This document shows positions 1 through 10,263 of a stretch of DNA of 64,000 nt, one piece after another. Position 1 is the first letter of the stretch, and every line of letters begins with the position of its first letter. Origin of the DNA: Candidatus Marinacidobacterales bacterium (GTDB lineage: Bacteria > Acidobacteriota > Vicinamibacteria > Marinacidobacterales > DATDRI01). The stretch is taken from contig OZ245365.1 in NCBI GenBank assembly GCA_965226495.1, forward strand, positions 1,923,516 to 1,987,515, in the 5' to 3' direction. Position numbers and translations under genes: made by a program. Under the pieces are notes generated by a model. The model searched no databases and was not told the origin of the DNA. It was given only the letters and a program-made list of their open reading frames with translations.

Positions 1-237
1 GAACCAGTCATCGACGGCCGGAAAAAGGGTTCGCTGCCGGCGCCTTCACCCACAACCCTCTTATCAGCTCAGGTAGTTTCTCGCCTGATCGTCATGCTCG
101 TGGGTTTGAGCTCGCTCTGGGCTTGTCCGGTACGCACGAGCGTTTGCACGAGTGATGCGGTGCCGGTGTACGGTCCACCGCTTGAGGCATCTCGCCGAAC
201 GTTGGGCTGTCATACTGCGCGTCCCTTGAACGGCTCG

Positions 238-768
238 TCAATCGCGGAAGGCTTGCTTTGCGACTCTCTCGTAGACTTTTCGGTTTCCGTCTGAAAAGCA
301 GCAGAACACTACTCTCTCCGGTAGGCGGTTCGCTTCGAGCCAGTCACGGACCGTGATCTGGGCGATCTCCGCTGCCTTGTCGATCGGGAAACGGTAGGCA
401 CCGGTCGAGATGGAAGGAAAGGCGATGCTCTGGAGGTCATGGCCTAGCGCAAGCTCGAGGCTCCGCCGGTAGCAGCTCGCCAGAAGCTCGGGCTCACGCC
501 TCTTGCCGCCGCTCCATACGGGACCGACGGCGTGAATGACATATTTCGCGAGCAGGGCATAACCTTTCGTGATCTTGGCCTCGCCGGTAGCCGCGCCACC
601 GAGCGTTTTACATTCCGCGAGTAGCTCCGGGCCCGCGGTCCGATGGATGGCGCCGTCGACGCCGCCCCCGCCAAGCAAAGACGTGTTGGCCGCGTTGACG
701 ATGGCGTCTACATCGAGCTCGGTGATATCGCCCTGTGCGATCTCGACGCGACCGCCTATGTAGGGCAT
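238..768 (-). CDS. Macro-domain protein (ADP-ribose / O-acetyl-ADP-ribose processing, YmdB-like)
   Basis: 176-aa ORF with typical macro-domain motifs ([39 protein letters not shown]). Confidence 0.85.
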   Translation of the reverse strand: MPYIGGRVEIAQGDITELDVDAIVNAANTSLLGGGGVDGAIHRTAGPELLAECKTLGGAATGEAKITKGYALLAKYVIHAVGPVWSGGKRREPELLASCYRRSLELALGHDLQSIAFPSISTGAYRFPIDKAAEIAQITVRDWLEANRLPERVVFCCFSDGNRKVYERVAKQAFRD

Positions 769-878
769 GGCAGTTCGACTTTATGACCGCCGCGAACTGC
801 CGTCAAACCGTAGAGGCTCCTTGATTGTTAGTGCGCGTCGGGATCTGAGCTCGGTTTGTCTCATGAGGAGGACTCGAC

Positions 879-1655
879 ATGAGAAACATCGCGATCGTCG
901 GGGCTGGGCAAGCCGGCCTTCTGGCCGCGCACGCGCTTCACAAGAAAGGCTATGACATCACACTTTTCTCCGACAAGACATCCGAAGTTTTCCTGACCAA
1001 AACCAGACCGACGGGATCGGCGGGTCGATTCGACATGTCTCTCGATACGGGACGACGAGCAAATAGCGAGTTGTGTGGAGCGCACCGTTGCCGCTCTGGG
1101 CGGTGTAGATTTTCTCGTCAACCTGGCCTGCGTCTACACCGACGAGGGGGTTGCCACGAGCCGCAAAGATTTCCTCGACGCTTTCAATGTCAACGTCGTC
1201 GGCGGAACCATCCTGCTCCAGCAGGCCCGCCCGCACATGGCGAAGCGGGGCGGTGGAGCGGTCGTCAACTTTGGCAGCGTCAGCGGCAAGTTGGCGCAAC
1301 CGGGGCGGTGTGCTTACCCGGTGACGAAGGCGTCGATGCTCCAGATCACGCGCAGCCAAGCCCTGGAGTTGGCCGCCGACGGTATTCGAGTGAACTCGGT
1401 CTCGCCGGGTTGGATTTGGTGCCGGCTCATGGACGAGTGGACCCCACGGCGATCGCGCCAAGACCGACACGGTTGGAGGGCGATTTCACATCTTGGGTCG
1501 GGTCGGGAATCCGGATGAAGTCGCGCAAACCGTGTTGTTTCTTTGTTCCGATCACGCTTCGTTCATCACCGGGACCGATGTGGCGGTAGACGGCGGCTAC
1601 ACGGCGATGGGACCGGAGCGAGCCGACGCCGCCATCCCCGAGCTGATGTCGTAGA
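879..1655 (+). pseudogene. Short-chain dehydrogenase/reductase, reading frame broken twice
   Basis: Rossmann-type N-terminus (IAIVGAGQAGL) in frame 3. SDR core in frame 1 (GGVDFLVN.., active-site region SVSPGWI). C-terminal SDR tail ([35 protein letters not shown]) in a third frame ending 1655. Frame switches near 1000-1030 and 1495-1505. Confidence 0.6.
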
Positions 1656-1659
1656 AGGG

Positions 1660-2361
1660 TTATTTGGTCACGCGAAGGCTCGGCCCGTCGGGTAGCTGAA
1701 GCGTCTTACCGTCGAACGTGGCTTCGAACGTCTCGTCCGCGGCGTAGTGGGTTTTATCGGCTTGGACGGAGAACCAACGCAGAGCATCGAGTCGGAGCGC
1801 GTTTCCCTTTCGTTGGTAGTTACCGGAACCCGCCAACCAATCTCCGTCGGCTCCACCGGGGTTCGTCACTAGCACGAAGTGTTCGTCGGTGAGAGCGAGC
1901 ATGCCATGGTCCAAGGTGATGAGCTTCGTTTTCGTGGTGGGGACCTGGACGAGTTTTTCCGTTGCCCCGTTGTCGAAACTGAGGAGGAGACTGCCGCCCG
2001 AACGCTTGTAGCCGACTTCATGGCTAGTACCGGACCGTCCCGCCAGGAGAGTGTCTCCCGCCGGTGTGACCACAATGCCGGTTTCAACGTCGAACTGCAC
2101 GACGCCACCTGATTTGAGTTGGTACCTGCCGATATGGGCGTCGGTGAGTTGACGTTCCATGGGCTCGCTGCCGTGCATCGCTTGATGTACGAACCGGCCA
2201 TCGTGGAAGAGGAATAGTCCCACCAACGGCTTGACGCCATGCTCCGGCCTATCGAACGACTCGTAAGACCAAAGCCCCGCGATATCGTCGCCGAACGCCA
2301 TAGATGCTAGAGGGGGTAACAACAGCCAACAGGTCAGAGCAAGCACGGACTTTGTTTTCAT
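1660..2361 (-). CDS. Secreted hypothetical protein
   Basis: ORF with N-terminal signal peptide (MKTKSVLALTCWLLLPPLASMAFG). No recognisable catalytic motifs. Confidence 0.45.
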   Translation of the reverse strand: MKTKSVLALTCWLLLPPLASMAFGDDIAGLWSYESFDRPEHGVKPLVGLFLFHDGRFVHQAMHGSEPMERQLTDAHIGRYQLKSGGVVQFDVETGIVVTPAGDTLLAGRSGTSHEVGYKRSGGSLLLSFDNGATEKLVQVPTTKTKLITLDHGMLALTDEHFVLVTNPGGADGDWLAGSGNYQRKGNALRLDALRWFSVQADKTHYAADETFEATFDGKTLQLPDGPSLRVTK

Positions 2362-2525
2362 GTGGCCGGTTATATCACGTCTAAGGAAGCGCTCTAGTTC
2401 GTATTTAGACAACCGCTCGCAGCTTCATTTAGCGACGCCTTCGAGCTTATTCCAATATCGGAGTCATGATTACGTACGAGGATAGCTTCTTCGTCCTTCC
2501 CGTTATGACCCTTCGCAGAGGGTCA

Positions 2526-2609
2526 GGGTTACATTTCTGTAAGACTTTCCGTGCAGTTCAACGTGCAGGGTTACATTTCTGTAAGACTTTCCGTGCAGTT
2601 CATAAATGC
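2526..2609. repeat. 42-bp tandem direct repeat, 2 copies
   Basis: Unit GGGTTACATTTCTGTAAGACTTTCCGTGCAGTTCA.. occurs at 2526 and again at 2568. On the minus strand it encodes an in-frame 14-aa repeat (ELHGKSYRNVTLHV). Confidence 0.85.
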
Positions 2610-3177
2610 GCATCCCACGGACGTCGCGGTAGTTCAATCCCGCAAAGTTGAAAGTGATATCGATGTAACCGCTTTCCTCGAGGCTGCCCGTGAATTCAAA
2701 CTGGAGCGTTTTATTTCCCTGAAAAACGGCGTCCCCGTCATGGGGACAGAAAAGGAGAACCATACATCAACCAAGCAGGGTGATCGTCCGGTCGGGAGCT
2801 CGTATCCGCGGTGAATACGAGAAAGATTGTACGATGTCGACGCGTGACATTGAGGCGACGTTCGCGGACGTGCTGAGCGGCACGGGTGTCTCGAATCGAT
2901 GTCGTTTTCAATCTTGAGGGTCGCCTTGCCGCCTTTGGCAAGATTCTTAAAAACTAACCACGCGACCCCCTGGAAATCCACTGCCGAGTACCGGCCGGAC
3001 TTGACCGTGGCCGGCTGTAGCTCAGGGACGCTGAGGTCGAGTTCCATAGCGTTCAACCCCCGCGCCAATGTTTCTACCAAGCGGGGTGTCAGTTTTTTCG
3101 ATCCTTCCGTTTTTTGCAGGATGAACTCTTTCATCTCTTTGTTGAAATAAGTTCCGGTTGGAACTTCCGCAAACAAG

Positions 3178-4746
3178 TTACGCAACTGGCTTAGGGAAGT
3201 GTCTGCAACTTCCTCTCCGGCGATGGAGAGCAAAACCCTGTAGCTGGAGAGCAAAACCCCCGAATTCTTTGTACATTTCTGAGTGATATGGTGGGCCGGC
3301 GTGTGAACTCGAGCTGCTTCGACTGAAGTGTTCGCAACCGTAACAGCAAGGACCTGAAGTGGGACAAGCGTCGACGTCTTCTTCTTCTTGATGGTGCGCT
3401 TCGGCGGCAATATGCCAAAAGCTGTCGCAAACCAACTTAGGGAGTTCGGTCCATGAAGTGAATACCGCCCTACAACGTGATTTATAGTATCCCCCCCCAG
3501 AACTGCCTGCATAGAATGGGCTGCCTTCAGGATCGCAGCTCCCTGGATTACTATCGAGAACACCGTGGTCGTAGAGTAGGTGATTGTTTTGCGATTCATA
3601 GAAACTTACGTGCAGGTTATTGCAGGGATCGACGGCAAGGGATAGGTATTCTTCGCCATACCATTCCCAGTCTGATTCGTAGATCGTTTCCCCCGTCCAT
3701 GAGCCATTTTTCTTGACGTACCAAGGAGACATCACATCCCCGCCTCGAAGCAGGATGATCGGAGATCCGTTCGAATCAACTGCAACCATGGCCGAAAAAT
3801 AGATACTTTCGGGAAAGTACGGATCGCTCAAGTCAACTGACTCTGGTGTGCTCCAAGAGCTGCCTGTGTTGGCGAGGTAATAAAGCCTACTTGGAGGGTG
3901 TGGTGGTGGGACACCGAAGCTGGTCCCCACGATATAGCTGAGGTGATGTGTGCCGTCTCGCAGAACGGATGAAAGACTGTGGACCCTGTCGTTAGTATTG
4001 AAATCTCCTATGGTCTCTTCGCTCCAGTCACCGTTGGCAACAGAGTACGAAAGACGACGCAGCTGATTAAACATAGAATCATGAAATACAACATGCACGT
4101 TGGGAGGAGGAAAGACGCTCGGTTGATCGATAACTAGCTGGGCCCCTGACGAAGTCCGAACCGAAATCCCATTCTGTCGAACGAAAGGCACTAGCGCCCA
4201 AGAATATGGATAAACTGTAGAACGGTCTTCGAAAGCAAGCTTGAGCTCTTGCCCCTCCGTGTATGCGACGTAAGGGTGTCCCTGTCGATCCGCGGAGATT
4301 GAAAGCGCAAGGGCGAAAGGATAGTTGCCGGTATCTATCGTCTGAATCGACCAGCTGGTGCCTGTTTTTTTCGCGTATTTTAGGGCCCCATTCACAACGT
4401 CGCTATAAGCGAAGTGGGCCCGCCCTTTACGATCGATGTGGATGGCGATAGCGTTGCCTCCGACAGACGGCGAGGAGTCCACCGTCTCGGTAATCCAATT
4501 ACCGGACTCGTTCAAGTAGGCGTGTTTCAGTTCACCATTCGTCGCATCGTAGTAGGCAATGTGGACGTGATTGTTTTTGGGGTTGACCGCGATCGCACTG
4601 TGGAGACCGACGTCAGCGACGGCATCGACGGCATCGACGGTTGTGACTTCAAACGTGTACTGTGCGAAGCTCGCCTGCGGAATCCCAACGACAACTGACA
4701 GCTTAATAAGAAAAACACTCCGACAGACGGCGAGAAATGGCGACAA
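3178..4746 (-). CDS. Secreted beta-propeller-like repeat protein. Frame appears to break at a G8 tract and continue in ORF 2634..3599
   Basis: Signal peptide, then recurring H-x-AY-x-D..G-x-L(K/H)YA..W strand motifs. Protein-like sequence continues in a different frame below 3490 (..NLFAEVPTGTYFNKEMKEFILQK..ATLKIENDIDS). Confidence 0.5.
   Translation of the reverse strand: MSPFLAVCRSVFLIKLSVVVGIPQASFAQYTFEVTTVDAVDAVADVGLHSAIAVNPKNNHVHIAYYDATNGELKHAYLNESGNWITETVDSSPSVGGNAIAIHIDRKGRAHFAYSDVVNGALKYAKKTGTSWSIQTIDTGNYPFALALSISADRQGHPYVAYTEGQELKLAFEDRSTVYPYSWALVPFVRQNGISVRTSSGAQLVIDQPSVFPPPNVHVVFHDSMFNQLRRLSYSVANGDWSEETIGDFNTNDRVHSLSSVLRDGTHHLSYIVGTSFGVPPPHPPSRLYYLANTGSSWSTPESVDLSDPYFPESIYFSAMVAVDSNGSPIILLRGGDVMSPWYVKKNGSWTGETIYESDWEWYGEEYLSLAVDPCNNLHVSFYESQNNHLLYDHGVLDSNPGSCDPEGSPFYAGSSGGGYYKSRCRAVFTSWTELPKLVCDSFWHIAAEAHHQEEEDVDACPTSGPCCYGCEHFSRSSSSSHAGPPYHSEMYKEFGGFALQLQGFALHRRRGSCRHFPKPVA
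3491..3498. repeat. Homopolymeric C8 (G8 on coding strand) tract inside the beta-propeller gene
   Basis: Directly visible run of eight C, coinciding with the point where the reading frame changes. Confidence 0.9.
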
Positions 4747-5046
4747 CTCTACTGGTCTGCTCCCTAATCCGCGAACGTCGCCTCAATGTCACGCGTCGAC
4801 ATCCCGTGGAAATGGCGCCTGATTGCCGTTACCGCTCCCTCGCCCGTGAGGACCCATGGCACCCCTCCTTCGTCGCGGATTAGAGTTCAAACTTGAGCCC
4901 CCAATATCAACTTAGCTTGGGACGAAATCATACGCGGGTCGCTGTCTGCGTTCAAGCTTTGCGGTCTTGCGGCTCGGGGACATCTTGGACACGGCTAACC
5001 TAGGTAAAGGTTACAGGAAATTATGGGACTCTGATGGTGGGCCGTG

Positions 5047-5709
5047 TTAGCGGGAGACGATTTCGAGAAGCGTCGTATCATCCAGCCGGTGCCCGCCTTC
5101 GAAGCTTTTCTCCTCGAACGGGACGCCGAGTCGGTCGAGGCGCTCTCGGAGCTCGTCGCGGCGTGACTGCGTGAAGAACTCGTCGCGCGTGCCGCCGACG
5201 ATCGTCAATTGTATCGCGCGAAGGCGTTTCAGACTTTCGTCGTCCTCGAGCTCCGGCGGGAGGCTCTCCCCCCAAATGATTAGCCTCGCCGCGTCGACCG
5301 AGCCTCGGCACGCCCACCGCGCTGCGGTAGCCGCTCCTTGCGAGAAACCGAGGACGGTAATGTGCGCGGACGCGCCATGGATCCGAGAGAAAACCTCCGT
5401 CTTAACGGCATCGAGGTACTTCAGGTAATCACGCATCTCGTTTTCACGGTCCTCGCGGGTTATCCAGGAGGCACCAACCTTTTGATGTGTCCCGTCCACA
5501 TAGAACCGCGAAAGCGCCTCGGGAGCTACCAAGAGCCTTGTCCCGTCGTCGAGCACCGAGAGTCCTTGGACAAAGGGGGCGGCGAGCTCTCCGTACCCGT
5601 GGCAGACGAACCAGACCTCGGAGGGTTGTGCTGTGGACCCCATCGTGACGAAGCGTGCGGTGCGTTCGACGGTGACGTAGTGCTCGAAAGTGTTGCGGGA
5701 ACGAGACAT
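5047..5709 (-). CDS. Alpha/beta hydrolase (carboxylesterase/phospholipase family)
   Basis: GFSQGA nucleophile elbow and a typical esterase-length ORF. Confidence 0.7.
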   Translation of the reverse strand: MSRSRNTFEHYVTVERTARFVTMGSTAQPSEVWFVCHGYGELAAPFVQGLSVLDDGTRLLVAPEALSRFYVDGTHQKVGASWITREDRENEMRDYLKYLDAVKTEVFSRIHGASAHITVLGFSQGAATAARWACRGSVDAARLIIWGESLPPELEDDESLKRLRAIQLTIVGGTRDEFFTQSRRDELRERLDRLGVPFEEKSFEGGHRLDDTTLLEIVSR

Positions 5710-5885
5710 CTTCTATATTTTATACGAAGAAGGAGAAGGCTGAGACGTCCGGCGGAACCGGAATCGAGAACCGGTCAATCAGGCGCTTGTCTTGATTAGT
5801 GCTTCCCCTCACTGGCCTGGATGTGCTAGTTTCGGCGTCCAGATAGGCAAGAGTCAGCCGGCATTGAGGATTCTTCCTCGTTTTA

Positions 5886-7740
5886 TTGGGTAGCCGCGAT
5901 CGACATTCCTATCTTCCTACATTCGGAGAAGAAAGAGCCCTTATGAATGTTGGTTTGGTATCAGAGATGGCCTTCCACGTCGTTGGAGGTCTCGGCATTT
6001 TTCTGCTAGGCATGAAATACATGCAGCAGGGTCTTCAAGTCGTTGCCGGCGACAAAATAAGACGCCTGATCAACGCGGTCACCTCCAACCGATTTCTGGC
6101 AGTGGGCATAGGGCTCTTCATTACCACCCTCATTCAGTCGAGCTCGGTCACTTCGGTGATGGTGATTGGCCTCGTCAACAGTGAGCTAATGACCCTCAGC
6201 GGAGCGATTGGGGTCGTCATCGGTGCCAATATCGGCACCACGATCACTGGGTGGATACTGGCGTTGAAAATAGGACAATACGGTCTCCCCCTGCTCGGCC
6301 TGGCTGCCTTTTGGCTGTTTATTAAAGGGGAAAAACTACGGTACTCAGCCCTGGTGATACTTGGGATTGGCATGGTGTTTTTCGGCTTGGAGCTTATGAA
6401 GGATGGTTTCAGCCCTGGTGATACTTGGGATTGGCATGGTGTTTTTCGGCTTGGAGCTTATGAAGGATGGTTTCAAACCGGTGAGAGATCTCCCAGACTT
6501 CGCCGCGATGTTCCAAATGTTCGAGGCCACGGATTACCTCGGTGTGTTGAAATCCGCTCTGGTCGGCTGCGTGGTGACTCTGATCGTTCAATCCTCGTCA
6601 GCCACCCTCGGGATGACGATCGCCCTCGCCAATACCGGCGTTGTCGATTTTCAAACCGCAGGAGCTTTAGTTTTGGGCACAAATGTTGGGACGACAATTA
6701 CCGCCTTTCTGGCTTCCTTAGGGGCGGACGATGTCAACGCCAAACGGACCGCCTACTTTCACATATTGTTCAACGTGTTTGGAGTTGCAGTGATCACGGC
6801 TCTTTTCCTCCCTGTGTATCTCCCCTTCATAGATAACGTCGTGATGCGAGGTGTGGATCCCAACATGCAGCTGCCGGGGGGGACCTTTCCCTACATGACT
6901 GCCGGGATTGCTGTGGTACATACGGTGTTCAACGTTGTGACGGCGCTCTTGTTCATTCCGTTCATCACATCCATAGCAAATGCCCTGAGAAAACTGGTTA
7001 AGGACAAGCCCAAGGCGGAAAAAGTTCGTTTGACGCACTTGGATTTTGGCCTGGTAAGTTCACCTTTGATCGCGATCGAACAATCTGGCTTTGAAATTGC
7101 GCGTACGGATCAACACGTAAGAACGATGCTGGATGACTTGCGTACCGTTATTACCAATAAGAAGGAGCACCGAGAGCTGATCGATAAGACTTTCCAGCGA
7201 GAGGGGATTATCGACAACGTTCAAGTCGAAGTTACGCGGTTTCTAACCGATCTACTTGCCATTGACCTGAGTCATCACGTCGCTGAGGAGGCGAGATCCC
7301 AGCTGCGATTAGCAGACGAGTTCGAATCGGTTAGCGATTACGTCGCCAATGTCTTGAAGCTCTACCTGCGGTTACGAGAAGCTAACGTGGCTCTATCGCC
7401 GGTACAACAAAAAGAGTTGCTGGGGTTACACGACTTGATCGCCGCCTATTACGACAGCGTGCATGAAGGTTTTTCGGTTGACGTTTACGATGAGTACTTG
7501 GCTGGAATACGTCGGGGTAGCCGTGAGATTACCGATAAGATCAGGGCGTTGAGAGACCGCCACTGGAACCGATTATCTGAAGAGACTGTTGATCCGTTGA
7601 TCAGTACCTCTTATATGGACATTGCGAATGCCTACCGAAGAATGAAGGATCACCTATTGAACATCGGGGAGGCGATAGTGGGCGGCAAAGATATCGGCAG
7701 ACAAAGAATCGAGTCTCCGGAGGAAGTGGCCTCGGAGTGA
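5886..7740 (+). pseudogene. Na/Pi-cotransporter II-related protein with C-terminal PhoU-like domain (YjbB/NptA family), split by a 64-bp tandem duplication
   Basis: Two consecutive ORFs (5886..6836 and 6403..7740) with duplicated Na/Pi repeat motifs (QSSSVTS/QSSSATL, GANIGTT/GTNVGTT) and a PhoU-like C-terminus. Removing one copy of the 64-bp repeat restores one continuous frame (..RYSALVILGIGMVFFGLELMKDGFKPVRDL..). Confidence 0.75.
6347..6474. repeat. Perfect 64-bp tandem duplication (2 copies) within the Na/Pi transporter gene
   Basis: AGCCCTGGTGATACTTGGGATTGGCATGGTGTTTTTCGGCTTGGAGCTTATGAAGGATGGTTTC occurs twice back to back. 64 is not a multiple of 3. Confidence 0.95.
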
Positions 7741-7845
7741 GCAAGGAGAGGGCGAGCACTGTTCGCGAATTATCAAACAGGGAGAAGTGGGCCCGGTCAG
7801 TCCCGAGCGGGAGTGCCGGGCCCGCACTGCAGCAAGGGGTTCACA

Positions 7846-9177
7846 CTAATTTTTCTCCCAAAGCCGCTGCCACCAGCTCCCACCTTCAGGACTCCCCCCG
7901 CGCAGGTTCATCTTCTGGCGGATCTCATTGATGTTCCAACCGGTGATCGATGCCAGCGTCTGAGCCTCTTGCTCCTGCCGCTGTATGACGTTGCGCCGGT
8001 ACTCCTGCGCCACCGGACAGTTGTCACGGCCCTTCCACGGATGACGCAGTACGTAGCGTCCCTGAAAGTTGGTGCGATCGGAGGTTTCCTGGAAGACGAG
8101 GTCTTCGGGAAAGTGCTCGCCGTCGTAGCGAACGTGAAGTCGCGTCACGAAGACTTGCTGCGCCTTTGAGCCGCGTCCCTGGCGTCCGTCCAGCCAGAAA
8201 ACGCCCAGCTCGCGAAGCTCGTCATAAGAGAGAGGGTCCGCCGCACAAGGGTCGCACCAGGCCATGTCCCACGCGTACTCCAAGAACACCGTCCTCATAT
8301 TCTGCTTCCTGACTTGCTCCGCGAACATCGCGCGATAGAAGTCGCCGAACTCGTTCTTGACGAAGACGGGTATCTCCATCCCGGTGGGGAGCTGGGTGGT
8401 GCGGTAGTTGGTGGTCTCCACACGGCCGTTCTTGGTCAGGGCGTAGATGAAGAGCTCTTGCGGACCGTCGGCGTTCACTGTGCCGAGTCGGATGGGAAGC
8501 ATGAACTTCGGGGACTGGTAGGCGACCTGGAGGGGGCGAAGATAGTTGTAACCGAGCTTCGACTGCTCCTCGAGGTTCACCCTGGCCACGAAGAACCTCA
8601 TGTTCTGTTTGATGTAGCTTCCGAGGACGCGCGAAGCACCGGGCGGTAGCTTGTAGCCGTTCTGCTTGAGCCACTTTTCGAGGCCGTTGCTCTGCTCGGC
8701 CGAGAGGATCAAGATGTCGTACTCGGCGACGGTGTATTGGGCTTCGATGGTCACCCCGAGGCTTCGAGCCTCGGCATTCGCCGACTTTCGCAGGCGTCCT
8801 CCCGCTGCGGCCGGTGCCTCCTGGGCCATGTCGTACATACCGTAGCGGCAAGGGTCTTCGTCGAAGTACTCCACCAGTCGCGGCGACGTATAGGCATCCA
8901 GGTGATCGATCAGGGCCTTGTTAGTAACGTGGATCTGCCCGCGCTCGATGAAGGTGGGTACCGGGACGACCACCGCGAACTCCTTTGGGTCGCCCCGAAA
9001 ATCGTTGGCCATGGTGATGACGGTTTTGTCATCGTGTCGGACCAGGACCACCTGCGAGGCTTTGTTGAAGAGCTTCGCGTCGGCCTTGGCCACGTAGAAT
9101 CCGCAAAAGGCTCTCACCGATCCCTGCGAGAATGCCGCCGCCAGGACGAGAGCCGACAAGATCAATAACCGTTTCAT
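7846..9177 (-). CDS. Secreted DUF2330-like protein
   Basis: Signal peptide followed by the AFCGFYVAKAD motif characteristic of DUF2330 as I recall it. Family assignment is from memory. Confidence 0.45.
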   Translation of the reverse strand: MKRLLILSALVLAAAFSQGSVRAFCGFYVAKADAKLFNKASQVVLVRHDDKTVITMANDFRGDPKEFAVVVPVPTFIERGQIHVTNKALIDHLDAYTSPRLVEYFDEDPCRYGMYDMAQEAPAAAGGRLRKSANAEARSLGVTIEAQYTVAEYDILILSAEQSNGLEKWLKQNGYKLPPGASRVLGSYIKQNMRFFVARVNLEEQSKLGYNYLRPLQVAYQSPKFMLPIRLGTVNADGPQELFIYALTKNGRVETTNYRTTQLPTGMEIPVFVKNEFGDFYRAMFAEQVRKQNMRTVFLEYAWDMAWCDPCAADPLSYDELRELGVFWLDGRQGRGSKAQQVFVTRLHVRYDGEHFPEDLVFQETSDRTNFQGRYVLRHPWKGRDNCPVAQEYRRNVIQRQEQEAQTLASITGWNINEIRQKMNLRGGSPEGGSWWQRLWEKN

Positions 9178-10027
9178 TGTTGTCTCCTTTGCTAAGAGCG
9201 ACAGGTGTCACCGCCGCACGTTTCCATTGGTATTGGGTTCCCGGCAGCAGCCGGTCGATGAGTGGGACGAGCATCGCGAATAAGGCCAGAGACCAGAGCA
9301 ATCCGTTAGGGCGATAGAGAACGAAGTGGACGAATCCGGCTCCGACGGCGACGAGCAAGGCGAAGAGAATTCTGCCGGCGCGGGTGTCGGGGGTGGTCTT
9401 CGGATCGGAGATCATGAAGAACGCGAACAGAAGGAACGCTCCGCTTTGGAGCCGGTGCCAAGGAATCGTCATCGGCTCGCCAAGCCAGAAAGAGCGGCCA
9501 AAGAGGACCACGAGATAAAAACCGAGAAACGCGTAAGTCACGTCGCTGCGGGATGAACGGTTCACGACGAGTCCGCCGAGAGACGCCATCAAGAAACCGA
9601 AATAGAGACCGGCGCCCCATTGACCCGGTGAGACCCAGGCTTCACCGGTCAGAAGAATCGCGGCCACGAGACCGAAGTTCGTGGGGTTGAAGACGTGCTT
9701 TCCGTTCCAGCGGATGTAGAACTTACTGGCAATGGTGATGCCGGCGGCCCCCAGCGCGACGGCCAGGAAGTTGGTTCGCAGCAGCAGGCACAACGAGAGG
9801 CCAGAGATGAGAGCGCTTTTGGGATCGAATCGCGGCAATCCAGAAAGCCTTGTGCACACATACTGAGTGAGCTGAGCGGTAATCAGGATGCCGATGGCGT
9901 GCGCGGCGCGGACTTCGAAATCGAGCCAGAGAATGCCGTAAACGAGAAGGGTGGTCAGGACCGCGATCTGATAGTGGCGGGGGTCTCCGAGCTTTATGAG
10001 TTGGCCGAGTCGGCCTAGTTTGGTCAT
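9029..10027 (-). CDS. Standalone RnfD/NqrB-family-like polytopic membrane protein
   Basis: Multiple TM segments. Motifs GKHVFNPTNFG and FFMISDPKTTP resemble the RnfD/NqrB conserved GKH.F.NP and FFM.TDP.TSP regions. Its 3' end overlaps the start of the DUF2330 gene by ~150 nt. Confidence 0.45.
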   Translation of the reverse strand: MTKLGRLGQLIKLGDPRHYQIAVLTTLLVYGILWLDFEVRAAHAIGILITAQLTQYVCTRLSGLPRFDPKSALISGLSLCLLLRTNFLAVALGAAGITIASKFYIRWNGKHVFNPTNFGLVAAILLTGEAWVSPGQWGAGLYFGFLMASLGGLVVNRSSRSDVTYAFLGFYLVVLFGRSFWLGEPMTIPWHRLQSGAFLLFAFFMISDPKTTPDTRAGRILFALLVAVGAGFVHFVLYRPNGLLWSLALFAMLVPLIDRLLPGTQYQWKRAAVTPVALSKGDNNETVIDLVGSRPGGGILAGIGESLLRILRGQGRREALQQSLAGGPGPTR

Positions 10028-10263
10028 CCGTACCCTCCCATAGCTCCGTTCGCTATTGGAGGAGGTACTGGCGGGCGGCGGCTTTATTCCCTCGGGTCGA
10101 GGCTATAATCCTTTCTCCGACGGGGGACGCAATGCACATATTTCGCGCACTGAGCAGGCTGATGAGAAACGGGGGAGCCTGCGCGACCGGAGGGAGCCCG
10201 GCGCGACTGCGCGCCGACGAAAGGCCGGCCGTGGGGGTGGGGCCCCGCGGCCTTGGCATCCTA

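Noticed and set aside
444-674. ORF antisense or out-of-frame to the macro-domain gene
   Set aside because: Arg/Pro/Ala-rich low-complexity translation, typical of spurious ORFs in high-GC DNA. It overlaps a well-supported gene.
8222-8851. 209-aa ORF inside the DUF2330 gene. Similar overlapping ORFs at 10261..10935, 16272..16991, 20658..21158 and 44655..45245
   Set aside because: All are embedded in stronger genes on the same or opposite strand. They have Arg/Gly/Pro-rich composition with no motifs. Treated as high-GC artefacts.
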